64,000 nt of DNA from Microbacteriaceae bacterium (GTDB lineage: Bacteria > Actinomycetota > Actinomycetes > Actinomycetales > Microbacteriaceae): the NCBI GenBank assembly GCA_025465035.1, contig JAODMH010000042.1, forward strand, positions 149 through 64,148, written 5' to 3'. The notes under the pieces are model-generated. The model did not search any database. It was given only the letters and a program-made list of their open reading frames with translations, and was not told the origin of the DNA. Position numbers and translations under genes: made by a program. Positions 54,996-64,000 of the stretch are shown here, piece by piece; the first letter of the stretch is position 1, and every line of letters starts with the position of its first letter.

Positions 54996-56420
54996 ATGAG
55001 TACTTTCAGCGGGCTCAACACGGCCTACACCGGGCTGAACGCCGCGAGACAGGGTCTCGACGTCGTCGGGCAGAACATCTCCAACGCCTCCACGACCGGC
55101 TACACCCGCCAGCGCGTGACCACCTCCGCCATCGGCTCCCTCGCGCAGACCGGACTGCTGTCCGGTCGCGCGCAGGTCGGGCAGGGCGTATCCGTCGATG
55201 GGATCGCCCGCCTGGGGGACGCCTATCTCGATGCGAGGGTGCGCACCTCGGCCGCGACATCCGGCAACCTCGCGGTGCGGTCGAATGCGCTCACATCAAT
55301 CCAGACCTCCCTGCACGAGCCGGGGGATAGCGGGATCTCCGCTCAACTGCAGACCTTCTGGGCCTCCTGGCAGGACGTTGCCAATCGGCCAGGCGACTCG
55401 GCTCCCGCCGGCGTGCTGCTCGAGAAGGCGGGCACCCTCGCCTCGCAGATCGCCAGCGGCTACACGGCCGTCAACGACGAATGGTCTCAGGTGCGCAGCA
55501 AGCTCAACGGCATGGCCGCCGAGCTCAACGATGCCGGCGCGCAGGTCGCCGCTCTGAACGGCCAGATCCGTTCGACCCTCGCGGCGGGCGGATCCGTCAA
55601 CGAGCTCCTTGATAAGCGCACCATCCTCACAACCACGATCGCCGCTCTCACGGGAGGCACCGTACGCGAACTCCCGGACGGCACGGCGGAGGTGCTCGTC
55701 GGGGGCAACGCCCTGGTCTCCGGTGACACGTTCCGGGCCGTCACGGTCACCGGAAGCAACACCATGGCCGCCGCCGCCGGCTCTCCGGTCGGCCTGGAAT
55801 GGGCGAATCGGCCGGGTCTCTCCGTGGCGGTCGAGTCAGGTGAGATGGCTGGTTCTATCGCAATGCTCGCCCCGTCCAATGTCGCCGGCACGGGCGGCGC
55901 GATCGCCGAGGCCGCCGCGAGCTACAACGGCTTCGCCAGCTACCTCGCGAATGCTGTCAACGCCGTCCACCAGGCAGGAACCACCAGTACCGGCGCCTCC
56001 GGCCTCGACTTCTTCGCCGTCTCCGCGACCGGCCCTGCAGCCCTCGGGCTCAGTGTCATCCCGACGACGGCCGCGGGGATCGCTACCGGCGCCGCGGGTG
56101 CAGGGAATCTCGACGGATCCAACGCCGACGCGATCGCCGCTCTCGGTGCCGCCAGCAACTCACCTGACTCTGTCTGGTCCGCCTTCGTGATCACGATCGG
56201 CGTTTCGACCAAGGGCGCGCTACAGCAGGCCACGCTCGCCGAATCGGCGGCGACGTCGGCATCCGGCGCTCAGTTGGCAAACTCCTCGGTCGACCTGGAC
56301 CAGGAGAACGTCAACATGATCACCTTCCAGACCGCATACCAGGGTGCAGCCCGCGTGATGACGGCGGTCGATCAGATGCTCGACGTGCTCATCAATCACA
56401 CCGGAATCGTCGGAAGGTAA
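54996..56420 (+). CDS. flgK: Hook-associated protein FlgK
   Basis: GLNTAYTGL, GQNISNASTTGYTRQRV, VDLDQENVNMITFQTAYQGAARV. Confidence 0.96.
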   Translation: MSTFSGLNTAYTGLNAARQGLDVVGQNISNASTTGYTRQRVTTSAIGSLAQTGLLSGRAQVGQGVSVDGIARLGDAYLDARVRTSAATSGNLAVRSNALTSIQTSLHEPGDSGISAQLQTFWASWQDVANRPGDSAPAGVLLEKAGTLASQIASGYTAVNDEWSQVRSKLNGMAAELNDAGAQVAALNGQIRSTLAAGGSVNELLDKRTILTTTIAALTGGTVRELPDGTAEVLVGGNALVSGDTFRAVTVTGSNTMAAAAGSPVGLEWANRPGLSVAVESGEMAGSIAMLAPSNVAGTGGAIAEAAASYNGFASYLANAVNAVHQAGTTSTGASGLDFFAVSATGPAALGLSVIPTTAAGIATGAAGAGNLDGSNADAIAALGAASNSPDSVWSAFVITIGVSTKGALQQATLAESAATSASGAQLANSSVDLDQENVNMITFQTAYQGAARVMTAVDQMLDVLINHTGIVGR

Positions 56421-56423
56421 GCC

Positions 56424-57314
56424 GTGTTCACTCGTGTGACAGCCCAGACCAGAATGACCAACGCTCAGCTCAACCTGCAGGTGAGTGCGGCCCAGCTCGC
56501 GCGCCTGCAAGACACCGCGTCGAGCCTCAAGAAGATCTCGGTTCCCTCCGACGATCCGGCCGCCGCCGCGGATTCCATGCGCGTGCGCGCCGCACAGGCC
56601 GCCACCGCCCAATATGCCCGGAACATCGATGACGGCAACAACTGGCTTACCACCACCGACTCGGCGATGTCGGCCGTCAACGACATCCTCGGCCGCGTAC
56701 GCGACCTCACCGTCCAGGGCGCCAACGACGGAGCCCTGAACTCCGTTTCCAAGGAGGCGATCGCCAAGGAGCTCGAGGGGCTGAAGAGTGATCTCCTCAG
56801 TAAGGCGAACACCACCTACCTCGGGCGCACCGTCTTCGCCGGGAATTCGGATGCCGGGGTCGCCTTCGACGCCACCACCTACAACTTCAGCGGCAGCGGC
56901 AGCGGCAGCGGCGTGCAGCGTCGCATCGACAGCAACACGACTGTGCAGGTGGACGCCAACGGCGCCGCCGTCTTCGGCACCGGTGCGAGTTCGGTCTTCG
57001 CACTCGTCGACAACATAGTCGCCGACCTGCGCGCGGGTGTGAACGTCGGCTCCCGCATCAGCGCCATCGACACCGCCGCGAATGCCGTGCTCAGCGCGCA
57101 GAGCTCGGTCGGCGCGCGCTCCGCGCAGATCACGAAAGCGAAGGACGCGAACTTGCAAACCACCGGAGCGCTCGAAGCGCAGCGATCGGGAATCGAAGAT
57201 GTCGATCTCAGTCAGATCATCATCCAGCTCAAGCAGCAGGAGGTCACCTACCAGGCCGCTCTCGCCGTGACCTCGCGTACGCTCCAGCCGACCCTCATGG
57301 ACTTCCTCCGATGA
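56424..57314 (+). CDS. flgL: Hook-associated protein FlgL
   Basis: PSDDPAAA, QYARNI, ANTTYLGRTVFAG, YQAALAVTSRTLQPTLMDFLR. Confidence 0.95.
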   Translation: MFTRVTAQTRMTNAQLNLQVSAAQLARLQDTASSLKKISVPSDDPAAAADSMRVRAAQAATAQYARNIDDGNNWLTTTDSAMSAVNDILGRVRDLTVQGANDGALNSVSKEAIAKELEGLKSDLLSKANTTYLGRTVFAGNSDAGVAFDATTYNFSGSGSGSGVQRRIDSNTTVQVDANGAAVFGTGASSVFALVDNIVADLRAGVNVGSRISAIDTAANAVLSAQSSVGARSAQITKAKDANLQTTGALEAQRSGIEDVDLSQIIIQLKQQEVTYQAALAVTSRTLQPTLMDFLR

Positions 57315-57694
57315 GCGCCAGCCTGACCTTCGTCACCCCGATCCCCGGGCTTGAGCCACTTCGCAACTTCACGCTCACCGAGATCGAAGGCGTCAACGGT
57401 CTGTACACGCTACGCGCGGTCGACAACGACGGCATCCGTCTCTTCGTGATCGATGCTGCGTTCTACCTGCCCGACTACTCGCCCGAGATCTCCGACGAGC
57501 AGAGCAGCGCGCTCGACGTGCAGCGGCCGGAAGACGCCATGGTGCTCGTGGTCGCGAACCCCGGCGATGGCGGCACGAGTATGAACCTCATGGCACCGAT
57601 CATCGTGAACGCCACGACCGGAGTCTGTGCGCAGATCATCCTGGAGGGCCAGGACTGGCCGCTGCGAGCGGAGCTCTCAACGCGGTCCGCCTGA
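57311..57694 (+). CDS. fliW: Flagellar assembly factor FliW (CsrA antagonist)
   Basis: FVTPIPGL, FVID...YSPEI, MNLMAPIIVN, AQIIL. Confidence 0.92.
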   Translation: MSASLTFVTPIPGLEPLRNFTLTEIEGVNGLYTLRAVDNDGIRLFVIDAAFYLPDYSPEISDEQSSALDVQRPEDAMVLVVANPGDGGTSMNLMAPIIVNATTGVCAQIILEGQDWPLRAELSTRSA

Positions 57695-57766
57695 CCGATT
57701 CCCCGGGGCGTCTTCCTCGGATAGAGTTGCGGCGACGGGACCACATTCGTTCTCGGAAGGGCCATC

Positions 57767-58414
57767 ATGTCCGATCTGGTTGCCATTCCATCGCCGGGAG
57801 TCCCGCTCTACTATGGCGAACCGGGGAACCCGATCGTCGTGCTCGTTCACGACTGGTACGGCCGCCTACCCTGGCTCGAGAACTACGCCAGGGGACTGCA
57901 ACACCAGGGCTATCGCGTGGCGGTGCCCGACCTTTATGGCGGCGTCGCCACGACCGACCAGACGACCGCGGAAGAGTTGATGAACGAACTCGACGTCGCA
58001 ACCGCCCTGGCCTCACTCGACGACGTGATCCAGATCGCACGTATGGAGGGGTCGGAAAGGGTGGGGGCCGTTGGGTTCTCCATGGGCGGATGGCTCGCTC
58101 TGCTGCACGCGCAGGGCGGGGCAGCGGATGCCGTGGTCGCCTACTACGCGACCCTCAGCACCTCGGAGCACGGCGTCATTCCCTGCCCGGTCCTGCTGCA
58201 ATTCGCCGAGACAGACGACTGGGGCGACGGAGAAGATCCGGAGTCCTTCGTGGACCGACTCAAGGACCACGGCACGCCGGTGACCGAGTTCAGCTACCTC
58301 GGTACGGTGCACTCCTTCGCCAACGCGACGATCACCGACACGGCAGACCTCAACGCCGCCGCGCTCGCCTTCGCCCGCACGGCGTCATTCCTCGAGAGAC
58401 ACCTCGTCGAGTGA
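57767..58414 (+). CDS. Dienelactone hydrolase family protein
   Basis: LVHDWYG, AVPDLYGG, VGFSMGG, HSFAN. Confidence 0.9.
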   Translation: MSDLVAIPSPGVPLYYGEPGNPIVVLVHDWYGRLPWLENYARGLQHQGYRVAVPDLYGGVATTDQTTAEELMNELDVATALASLDDVIQIARMEGSERVGAVGFSMGGWLALLHAQGGAADAVVAYYATLSTSEHGVIPCPVLLQFAETDDWGDGEDPESFVDRLKDHGTPVTEFSYLGTVHSFANATITDTADLNAAALAFARTASFLERHLVE

Positions 58415-58936
58415 TGGCCGCCCCCGAACATCCCAGAGGTGGTGCACGGGGTCGTGGATGAAGTACTTCGCAAAGGTCGCGATGGTGAACTGCACACCAT
58501 CGCCGCGCCGTCCGGGGCGGCCCCATGCGTCATCGGGCACCGCATCGAAGGCATCCGCGAGCACCCGGGCGGCTCCGAGAAGCTCGTCCGCGACGACCGC
58601 CGGATCCTGTTCGTTGTAGCGATCGGCGATCGCCGTCGCGTCCTGGTCCCAGTTCGGGTAGAGCGGGTCGTCACGTTCCAGCATGAGGGCCAGGCGCTCC
58701 GCATAGAGCCGCATCACGTCGCGAACGTGGGCTGCGTACTCGAGTGCCGACCAGGTGCTGTCGTCCGGGCGCACCCGCACGTCCGCGCGACCCAGTACTG
58801 CGGGCCAGGCCGCGGCGTTCGCGCGGAGAATGGCCGCGACATCCCTCTCCCCGAAGCCGGATGCGTCGAACCCGCATTCCGGACACGGCCGCTCGATGAC
58901 CCAGGTCCAGTTCTTCGTGTCGGGAATAATCGCCAT
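58385..58936 (-). CDS. DinB-family protein
   Basis: CPECGF, WSALEYAAHVRD, HDPVHHLWD. Confidence 0.88.
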   Translation of the reverse strand: MAIIPDTKNWTWVIERPCPECGFDASGFGERDVAAILRANAAAWPAVLGRADVRVRPDDSTWSALEYAAHVRDVMRLYAERLALMLERDDPLYPNWDQDATAIADRYNEQDPAVVADELLGAARVLADAFDAVPDDAWGRPGRRGDGVQFTIATFAKYFIHDPVHHLWDVRGRPSLDEVSLEE

Positions 58937-59007
58937 TCCCCCATCGTGCGACACCGCGATAGCCGGACGCCGTAGATTTCGTGCCAATTTCCGTCCGAGG
59001 CGGTAAC

Positions 59008-59200
59008 CGCGGCGGAGACGATTCCCGTTGCGGCGGAGAAATCCCCCCGCGGCTGATTCGTTGCCTGTCCTGGCGGAAAAACTGCCTCGCGGAGGTAGGC
59101 GTATCACCCTCCGCGAGCACGTATCTCCGCCGCGGGGCGCGACGGCGACCGCGGGGCGGGACCGCCGCGGGGCGGGACGGCGACGACGGGGGCGGGGATG
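59008..59200. repeat. GC-rich intergenic repeat cluster with a nested palindrome (about 59072-59133) homologous to 40939-41002
   Basis: Shared GGCGGA.AAA...CGCGGA[hairpin]TCCGCGAGCACGTnnCTCCGCCGC; additional GCGGCGGAGA copies. Confidence 0.65.
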
Positions 59201-59216
59201 GCGGCGGTGCCGCTCG

Positions 59217-60515
59217 CTACGCCTCGATGCCGGGAACCGTCGTCGCGCGACTCATGAACCGCTCGACATCCGGATCGACACGGATGTCGCTCGGCCGCAG
59301 CGGCCTGCTGAGATAGAGCCCTTCCAGCTCGGTCAGCCGGCTCAGCGCGACATAGGTCTGTCCGGCGCTGAACGTCCCAGAGCCGAGGTCGACGATGGCG
59401 CGGTCGTAGGTCTTGCCCTGCGACTTGTGGATCGTGACCGCCCAGGCCAGCCGCAGCGGAAACTGCTGGAACTCGGCGACGATATCTTTGCGCAACTGCT
59501 TCGTCGCAGCCGAGTAGGTGTACTTGAATTTCTCCCAGATGGCCGGTTGCACCTCGTGAACCTCGCCGTCTACGTCGACGAAGACCGTCGAAGCGATCTT
59601 CGTGACCGTGCCGACCGTGCCGTTCACCCAGCGCTGGCCGCCATCCGTGCTGGAGTCATTGCGCAGGAACATCACCCGCGCGCCGACCTTGAGTTCGAGC
59701 GATTCGTCGGCCGGAAAGGCACGGCCGCCGAACTCCCCGGTGATCTCCGCCTTCGCCGTGAGAACCCGGCCCGGCAGACGCCCGAGTTCGGCGGCATTGA
59801 TGCGATTGACGGTGTCATTGCGGGTGGCGAGAGTGATCGCGCCATCCGTCGGCGCCGGCCGTGCACCGGTCTCGTTGAGTCTCGCCGCGATCTCTGCCGT
59901 CACATGCCCGTGCCGTACGGCATTGAGCATGTACTTGAACTCGGCCTCGTGCTGCCGGTGGATCGTGGTCAGCTCGAAGATGCGCAGCTCCGTCTCCTGC
60001 CAGACCTTCGCGTCGAAGAACCACATCGAGCGGTACTGGTCGGCGAAGTAGGCGCGCTCGTCGGCGTCTCCTGGCACCGGAGCCAACTGGTACGGATCGC
60101 CGAACAGCACGACCTGTACTCCACCGAAGGCGTCGAAGGGCTTCTGCCGCGCCTGGCGCAGGCTGCGGTCGATGGCATCCACGAGATCGGCGTTGACCAT
60201 CGAGACCTCGTCGATCACCAGAGTGTCGATCGTGTTGAGCAGCTTGCGCAGCTCGCCACTCTGCTCGATCTCGTGATCCGCGATGACGCCGATCGGCAGA
60301 CGGAACAGGGAATGGATGGTCTGGCCGCCGACATTGAGCGCCGCCACCCCGGTGGGTGCGCAGATCACCACCTGCTTGTCGGTGTTCCACGACAGGTGAC
60401 TCAGCAGCGTGGACTTCCCCGTGCCGGCGCGACCGGTGACGAAGATGTTCTCCCTGGTGTTTTCGATGGTCTCGAACACCGCAGCCTGCTCCGCGGAAAG
60501 GGTGACGTCACGCAC
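59217..60515 (-). CDS. Pif1/RecD-like SF1B DNA helicase
   Basis: GRAGTGKS, IDEVSM, FGDPYQLAPV, QFPLRLAWAVTIHKSQGKT, QTYVALSR. Confidence 0.92.
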   Translation of the reverse strand: MRDVTLSAEQAAVFETIENTRENIFVTGRAGTGKSTLLSHLSWNTDKQVVICAPTGVAALNVGGQTIHSLFRLPIGVIADHEIEQSGELRKLLNTIDTLVIDEVSMVNADLVDAIDRSLRQARQKPFDAFGGVQVVLFGDPYQLAPVPGDADERAYFADQYRSMWFFDAKVWQETELRIFELTTIHRQHEAEFKYMLNAVRHGHVTAEIAARLNETGARPAPTDGAITLATRNDTVNRINAAELGRLPGRVLTAKAEITGEFGGRAFPADESLELKVGARVMFLRNDSSTDGGQRWVNGTVGTVTKIASTVFVDVDGEVHEVQPAIWEKFKYTYSAATKQLRKDIVAEFQQFPLRLAWAVTIHKSQGKTYDRAIVDLGSGTFSAGQTYVALSRLTELEGLYLSRPLRPSDIRVDPDVERFMSRATTVPGIEA

Positions 60516-60626
60516 GAGAGTCCTCCACCACGATTGCCGAACGGTCTCTCCAATCTACCGTCGCCCGGGTCGACGGCACGGCGCACGGCGCCATCTGTAG
60601 AGAGGCCCCGAGCTTAGGATGTGGGG

Positions 60627-61595
60627 ATGGAGCGCAGCGTACTCACCCGGTTGCTCGTGCTCACCGGACTCCTCGTCGTCGCCTTCGTCGGCACAATCAC
60701 GACGCTCAACCTCACCCTGTACAGCGCGTCCGGCTTCGTCCATTCCTACCTCGATTCGCTCGCGCGGCACGATGTCGATGGCGTCCTGGCGATGCCAGGG
60801 GTGACTCTGAGCAAGACGGTCTCGACCCGGCTCACCGAGCCCGACGCTCTGGGCGCGTTGTCCGGCATCCGTCTGATGAGCGAGAGAGACAACGGCGACG
60901 GAACGCACAGCGTGAAGTACGGCTACACCATCGACGGCGAGAAGGGCAGCACAATGTTCCGCGTCGAACACAGCGGCTCGAGACTGGGACTGTTCTCGGC
61001 GTGGCGATTCGTCGAGAGCCCGGTCGGGATCCTGCGGGTCACCCCGCTGAACGCCGACGCCTTCGACGCCAACGGCGTTCACCTCGCGGCGAAGTCCGGA
61101 CCGAGTGTCCCCAACGATTTTCTGGTCTTCACGCCATCCTCGATCCGGCTGAGTCATACCTCCACCTACCTCGTCGCCCCGAAGACGACGGCGCTCGTGC
61201 AGGGCATCGGGAGCACGGTGAGCGCGACGATCGACGTCGCGGCGAACAGGGCCTTCGTCGCCGAGGTACAGAAGGAACTGCACAAGTACCTCGCGGACTG
61301 CGTCACACAGAAGGTACTGCTGCCGACGGGATGCCCGATGGGCAAGCAGATCTCGGATCGTGTCCAGAACGACCCGGCCTGGTCGATGGTGAAATACCCG
61401 ACCATTACCATCGTGCCCAGTGGTCAGGCGGGCAGCTGGCAAGTACCGGAGACACCCGGCGTCGCGCATCTGGTGGTGAAGGTGAGGTCGATCTTCGACG
61501 GCACCATCTCCGACTTCAACCAGGACGTCCCGTTCACGGTGCGCTACCTGATCACCTTCCAGCCCAACGGCGGGCCGCTCATCACCGCCCAGTAG
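60627..61595 (+). CDS. Hypothetical membrane-anchored protein
   Basis: N-terminal hydrophobic segment; long ORF; no family recognised. Confidence 0.75.
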   Translation: MERSVLTRLLVLTGLLVVAFVGTITTLNLTLYSASGFVHSYLDSLARHDVDGVLAMPGVTLSKTVSTRLTEPDALGALSGIRLMSERDNGDGTHSVKYGYTIDGEKGSTMFRVEHSGSRLGLFSAWRFVESPVGILRVTPLNADAFDANGVHLAAKSGPSVPNDFLVFTPSSIRLSHTSTYLVAPKTTALVQGIGSTVSATIDVAANRAFVAEVQKELHKYLADCVTQKVLLPTGCPMGKQISDRVQNDPAWSMVKYPTITIVPSGQAGSWQVPETPGVAHLVVKVRSIFDGTISDFNQDVPFTVRYLITFQPNGGPLITAQ

Positions 61596-61611
61596 CGGGC
61601 CAGCAGGTCAC

Positions 61612-63573
61612 CTAGCCGCGCCGCGCCCGGTCGGCGAGCATCCGGTTGTATTCCGCGAGGTCGGCATCGCCGTCCCGGTCTGCCTTGCGATCTAGCCGCT
61701 TCGCGTCGCGCTCGTCACTGCGGCTCCACATGATGGCGACCACGATCGCGAGGATCACGGTGGGGATTTCACCGACACTCCAGGCGATCCCGCCGCCCGT
61801 CTGCTGGTCGACGATGGCGCTCGGCCCCCAGGTGCGGCCCATCGCGCCGAACCAGTTGGCGAGGAGCAGACCGGAACCGGTCATTAGCGACAGCCCGAAG
61901 AAGGCGTGGAATGCCATCGTGGCGAGCAGGATCAGCAGTCGCAGCGGATACGGCGCCCGGCGCGGCACGGGGTCAACACCGATCATCGACTGGACGAACA
62001 GATACCCGGTGACCAAGAAGTGGACGACCATCCAGGTGTGACCGATGTGGTCCGTGGTCGCCCAGCTGAACAGCGGTGTGAAATAGAACACCCAGAGCGA
62101 GCCGGCGAAGAGCACTGCGGCCACGATCGGATTGGTCAGGATGCCTGCCACCCGCGAATGCACGGCGAGCATGATCCACTCACGCGGACCGCGGCTGCCG
62201 TCCGTGCGCTTGACGATCGTTCGGAGGGCGAGCGTGATCGGGCCGGCGGGCACCAGCAGCAGCGGAACCATCATGGCAAGAATCATGTGTCCGAGCATGT
62301 GGGCACTGAAGAGGTATTTTTCGTAAGCGTTCACGCCGCCGTTGGTCACATAGAACAGCAGTGCGAGCCCTGCGAGCCACAGCACTGTGCGATGCCAGGG
62401 CCAGGTGTCGCCCCGCCTGCGTAGGCGCCGGACTCCTGCGAGGTAGAAGAACGCCAAGAATCCGATGACCAGGATCCAGAGCAGATCGAAATTCCAGACG
62501 GTGAAATAGCGCGAGAAGGTGAGCTCAGGGGGAAGCGGCGCCGCGGTGAGGATCCAAGCCGGTGTCGTGGTGACGGCGACCTGCGGGATGAGCGGGTCGG
62601 TTCTGGCCAGAGCCGCGGCGACACCGGAGGCCAGACCCATGAAACCGAGTTCGGCGGCGACCAGCCACCAGAAATAGCCCTTGCCGCCGTTCTCGGAGCG
62701 CTGCATCCGCGCGACCAGGAAGCGCCGCTGGGCGAGGCCGAAGATGCCGAGCGCGCCGAGCGCGAACACCTTGATGAGTACGAGAATGCCGTACGGCTTC
62801 AGCAGGCTCTGCAGGTCGGGCACGCGCAGGGACGCATTGACGATGCCCGAGGCGCCGACCGCGACGAAGCAGATGATCGCGAGGGTCGAGTAGCGCGAGA
62901 GGACCGGGCCGATCCTGCCACGCTCAAGTGTCGTGCGTGCCAGGACGATCGTGACGAGTCCGCCCAGCCAGATGGCGGCAAAGACGAGGTGCAGGCCGAG
63001 CGACGTGACCGCCGCATCGTGTCCTGCCGCATCGGATGAGTGCCCCTGTTGGGCCTGCGGAAGGAGCCCGATGCCGGCGAAGACGGTGACGAAGACGATC
63101 GCGGTGCGGTTGCGAACGGCAAAACACAGTACCGTCACGGCCGCTGGCACCAGGATCGACGCAAGGGCAGCCTGGCCGACAGCCTCCCCCGTGAGAAACT
63201 GCCCGAGCTGGGCACCGAAGGTCGAATCGAGCGTGATCGGCCCACTGTGGTAGTTCATGAACGTCAGGAAGCCGACGAGCACCGCCGCGATGGACCAGAA
63301 GGCCGCCGCGCCGGCCGCTATGTCGAGGGTCCTGTCGAACTCCTTCTCCCGGTCGCTCATGGCGAAACAGACGAGAATCAGTGCACCGATCGTCACGGAT
63401 GCGCCGAGGTTGAAGAGCACGGTTGCCCCGGGAATGCCATAACGCACGACGGGACCGGGGTCGAAGAAGCGGTAGGGATTGGCCGCTCCACCGATCGTCA
63501 ATGCGACGAGCAGGGAGGCGAAAGTGACGACCAGCAACAGGGCTGGGCCGGCGATCCTCACAAGCCTTGGCAC
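61612..63573 (-). CDS. CopD-CtaG fusion (copper resistance D / cytochrome c oxidase assembly factor)
   Basis: Many TMs; GHS...H..LHLVFAAIWLGG (CopD); FSAHMLGHMIL.M..P, H..F...GYLF, QQTGGGIAW..GE (CtaG). Confidence 0.9.
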   Translation of the reverse strand: MPRLVRIAGPALLLVVTFASLLVALTIGGAANPYRFFDPGPVVRYGIPGATVLFNLGASVTIGALILVCFAMSDREKEFDRTLDIAAGAAAFWSIAAVLVGFLTFMNYHSGPITLDSTFGAQLGQFLTGEAVGQAALASILVPAAVTVLCFAVRNRTAIVFVTVFAGIGLLPQAQQGHSSDAAGHDAAVTSLGLHLVFAAIWLGGLVTIVLARTTLERGRIGPVLSRYSTLAIICFVAVGASGIVNASLRVPDLQSLLKPYGILVLIKVFALGALGIFGLAQRRFLVARMQRSENGGKGYFWWLVAAELGFMGLASGVAAALARTDPLIPQVAVTTTPAWILTAAPLPPELTFSRYFTVWNFDLLWILVIGFLAFFYLAGVRRLRRRGDTWPWHRTVLWLAGLALLFYVTNGGVNAYEKYLFSAHMLGHMILAMMVPLLLVPAGPITLALRTIVKRTDGSRGPREWIMLAVHSRVAGILTNPIVAAVLFAGSLWVFYFTPLFSWATTDHIGHTWMVVHFLVTGYLFVQSMIGVDPVPRRAPYPLRLLILLATMAFHAFFGLSLMTGSGLLLANWFGAMGRTWGPSAIVDQQTGGGIAWSVGEIPTVILAIVVAIMWSRSDERDAKRLDRKADRDGDADLAEYNRMLADRARRG

Positions 63574-63614
63574 GGCGTCCAGCCTATTCGAGCCGCCTGG
63601 GCGTTAAAGCAGAT

Positions 63615-63643
63615 GGGGATGTCGACCACCGGCCGACATCCCC
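63615..63643 (-). terminator. Hairpin downstream of the HU gene (probable terminator)
   Basis: GGGGATGTCG-N9-CGACATCCCC. Confidence 0.65.
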
Positions 63644-63664
63644 CTCTGGTTCAAGAAAAGCGAA

Positions 63665-63952
63665 CTACTTTGCAGCAGCCTTGAGCTTGCTGCCGGCGCT
63701 GACCTTCACGCCGTAGCCGGCAGCGATCTGGATCGCCTCGCCGGTCGAAGGGTTGCGGCCCGCACGAGCGGCACGATGCGTGCGCTCGACTGCGAGCCAG
63801 CCCGGAATCGTGACCTTGGTGCCTTCGCCGACCGAAGTCGCGAGGGTACTGAACAGGGCGTCAAGGACGCCGTTGACTGAAGCCTGGCTCTGGCCAGACG
63901 AAGCGGCGACTGCCGCGACGAGCTCGGTACGGTTTAGTGACTTGTCAGCCAT
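63665..63952 (-). CDS. hup: HU-family DNA-binding protein
   Basis: LNRTELVAAVA, RAARAGRNPSTGEAIQI, KVSAGSKLK. Confidence 0.95.
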   Translation of the reverse strand: MADKSLNRTELVAAVAASSGQSQASVNGVLDALFSTLATSVGEGTKVTIPGWLAVERTHRAARAGRNPSTGEAIQIAAGYGVKVSAGSKLKAAAK

Positions 63953-64000
63953 TGAAGTCCTCCTCGGACGTTGTGCTTTTCAGAACAAACATTCCTGCTC

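Noticed and set aside
56888-56911. (CAGCGG)4 microsatellite in flgL as a phase-variation switch
   Set aside because: The 6-bp unit is in-frame (Gly-Ser linker), so slippage would not switch expression.
1-64000. CRISPR arrays, tRNA/rRNA genes, transposases, integrases
   Set aside because: No regularly spaced repeat-spacer array, cloverleaf/rRNA signature or DDE/tyrosine-recombinase ORF was recognised by eye.

Overview
High-GC actinobacterial chromosomal window, most consistent with Microbacteriaceae. From left to right it holds five blocks. (1) 1-11.7 kb: a LacI-controlled fructofuranoside/fructan catabolic locus with a large secreted multi-module GH172 (DUF2961) running off the left edge (missed by the ORF track), a PfkB kinase, a GH32, a cytoplasmic GH172, LacI and an ABC transporter, tied together by three identical 15-bp operators. 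(2) 11.9-18.9 kb: accessory genes (ArsR-SRPBCC-hydrolase, HAD, SRPBCC, a degenerate SGNH domain, Hsp20 with a HAIR operator, a hypothetical, a Zn-ribbon/nuclease). (3) 18.9-28.1 kb: an amino-sugar locus (Gfo/Idh/MocA, DUF5107-like, BadF kinase, RpiR, SIS, NgcEFG-type ABC), followed by YdeI, a non-specific nuclease and lgt. (4) 30.6-57.7 kb: a flagellar cluster with csrA/fliW, a degenerate FlhF-like gene and a FliA-type sigma, but no che, flgF/G, fliL or flgM genes. (5) 57.8-64 kb: dienelactone hydrolase, DinB, Pif1-like helicase, a hypothetical, CopD/CtaG and HU. The best non-annotated signals are four matching sigma28-type promoters (TWAC-N15-RCCGATAG), CsrA-type GGA-loop hairpins in the leaders of fliC, flgB and flbD-motAB, a circularly permuted duplicated module in the secreted GH172, and a dispersed nested-palindrome repeat. 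No rRNA, tRNA, CRISPR array or transposase was recognised. All family assignments come from motif recognition by eye, not database searches.
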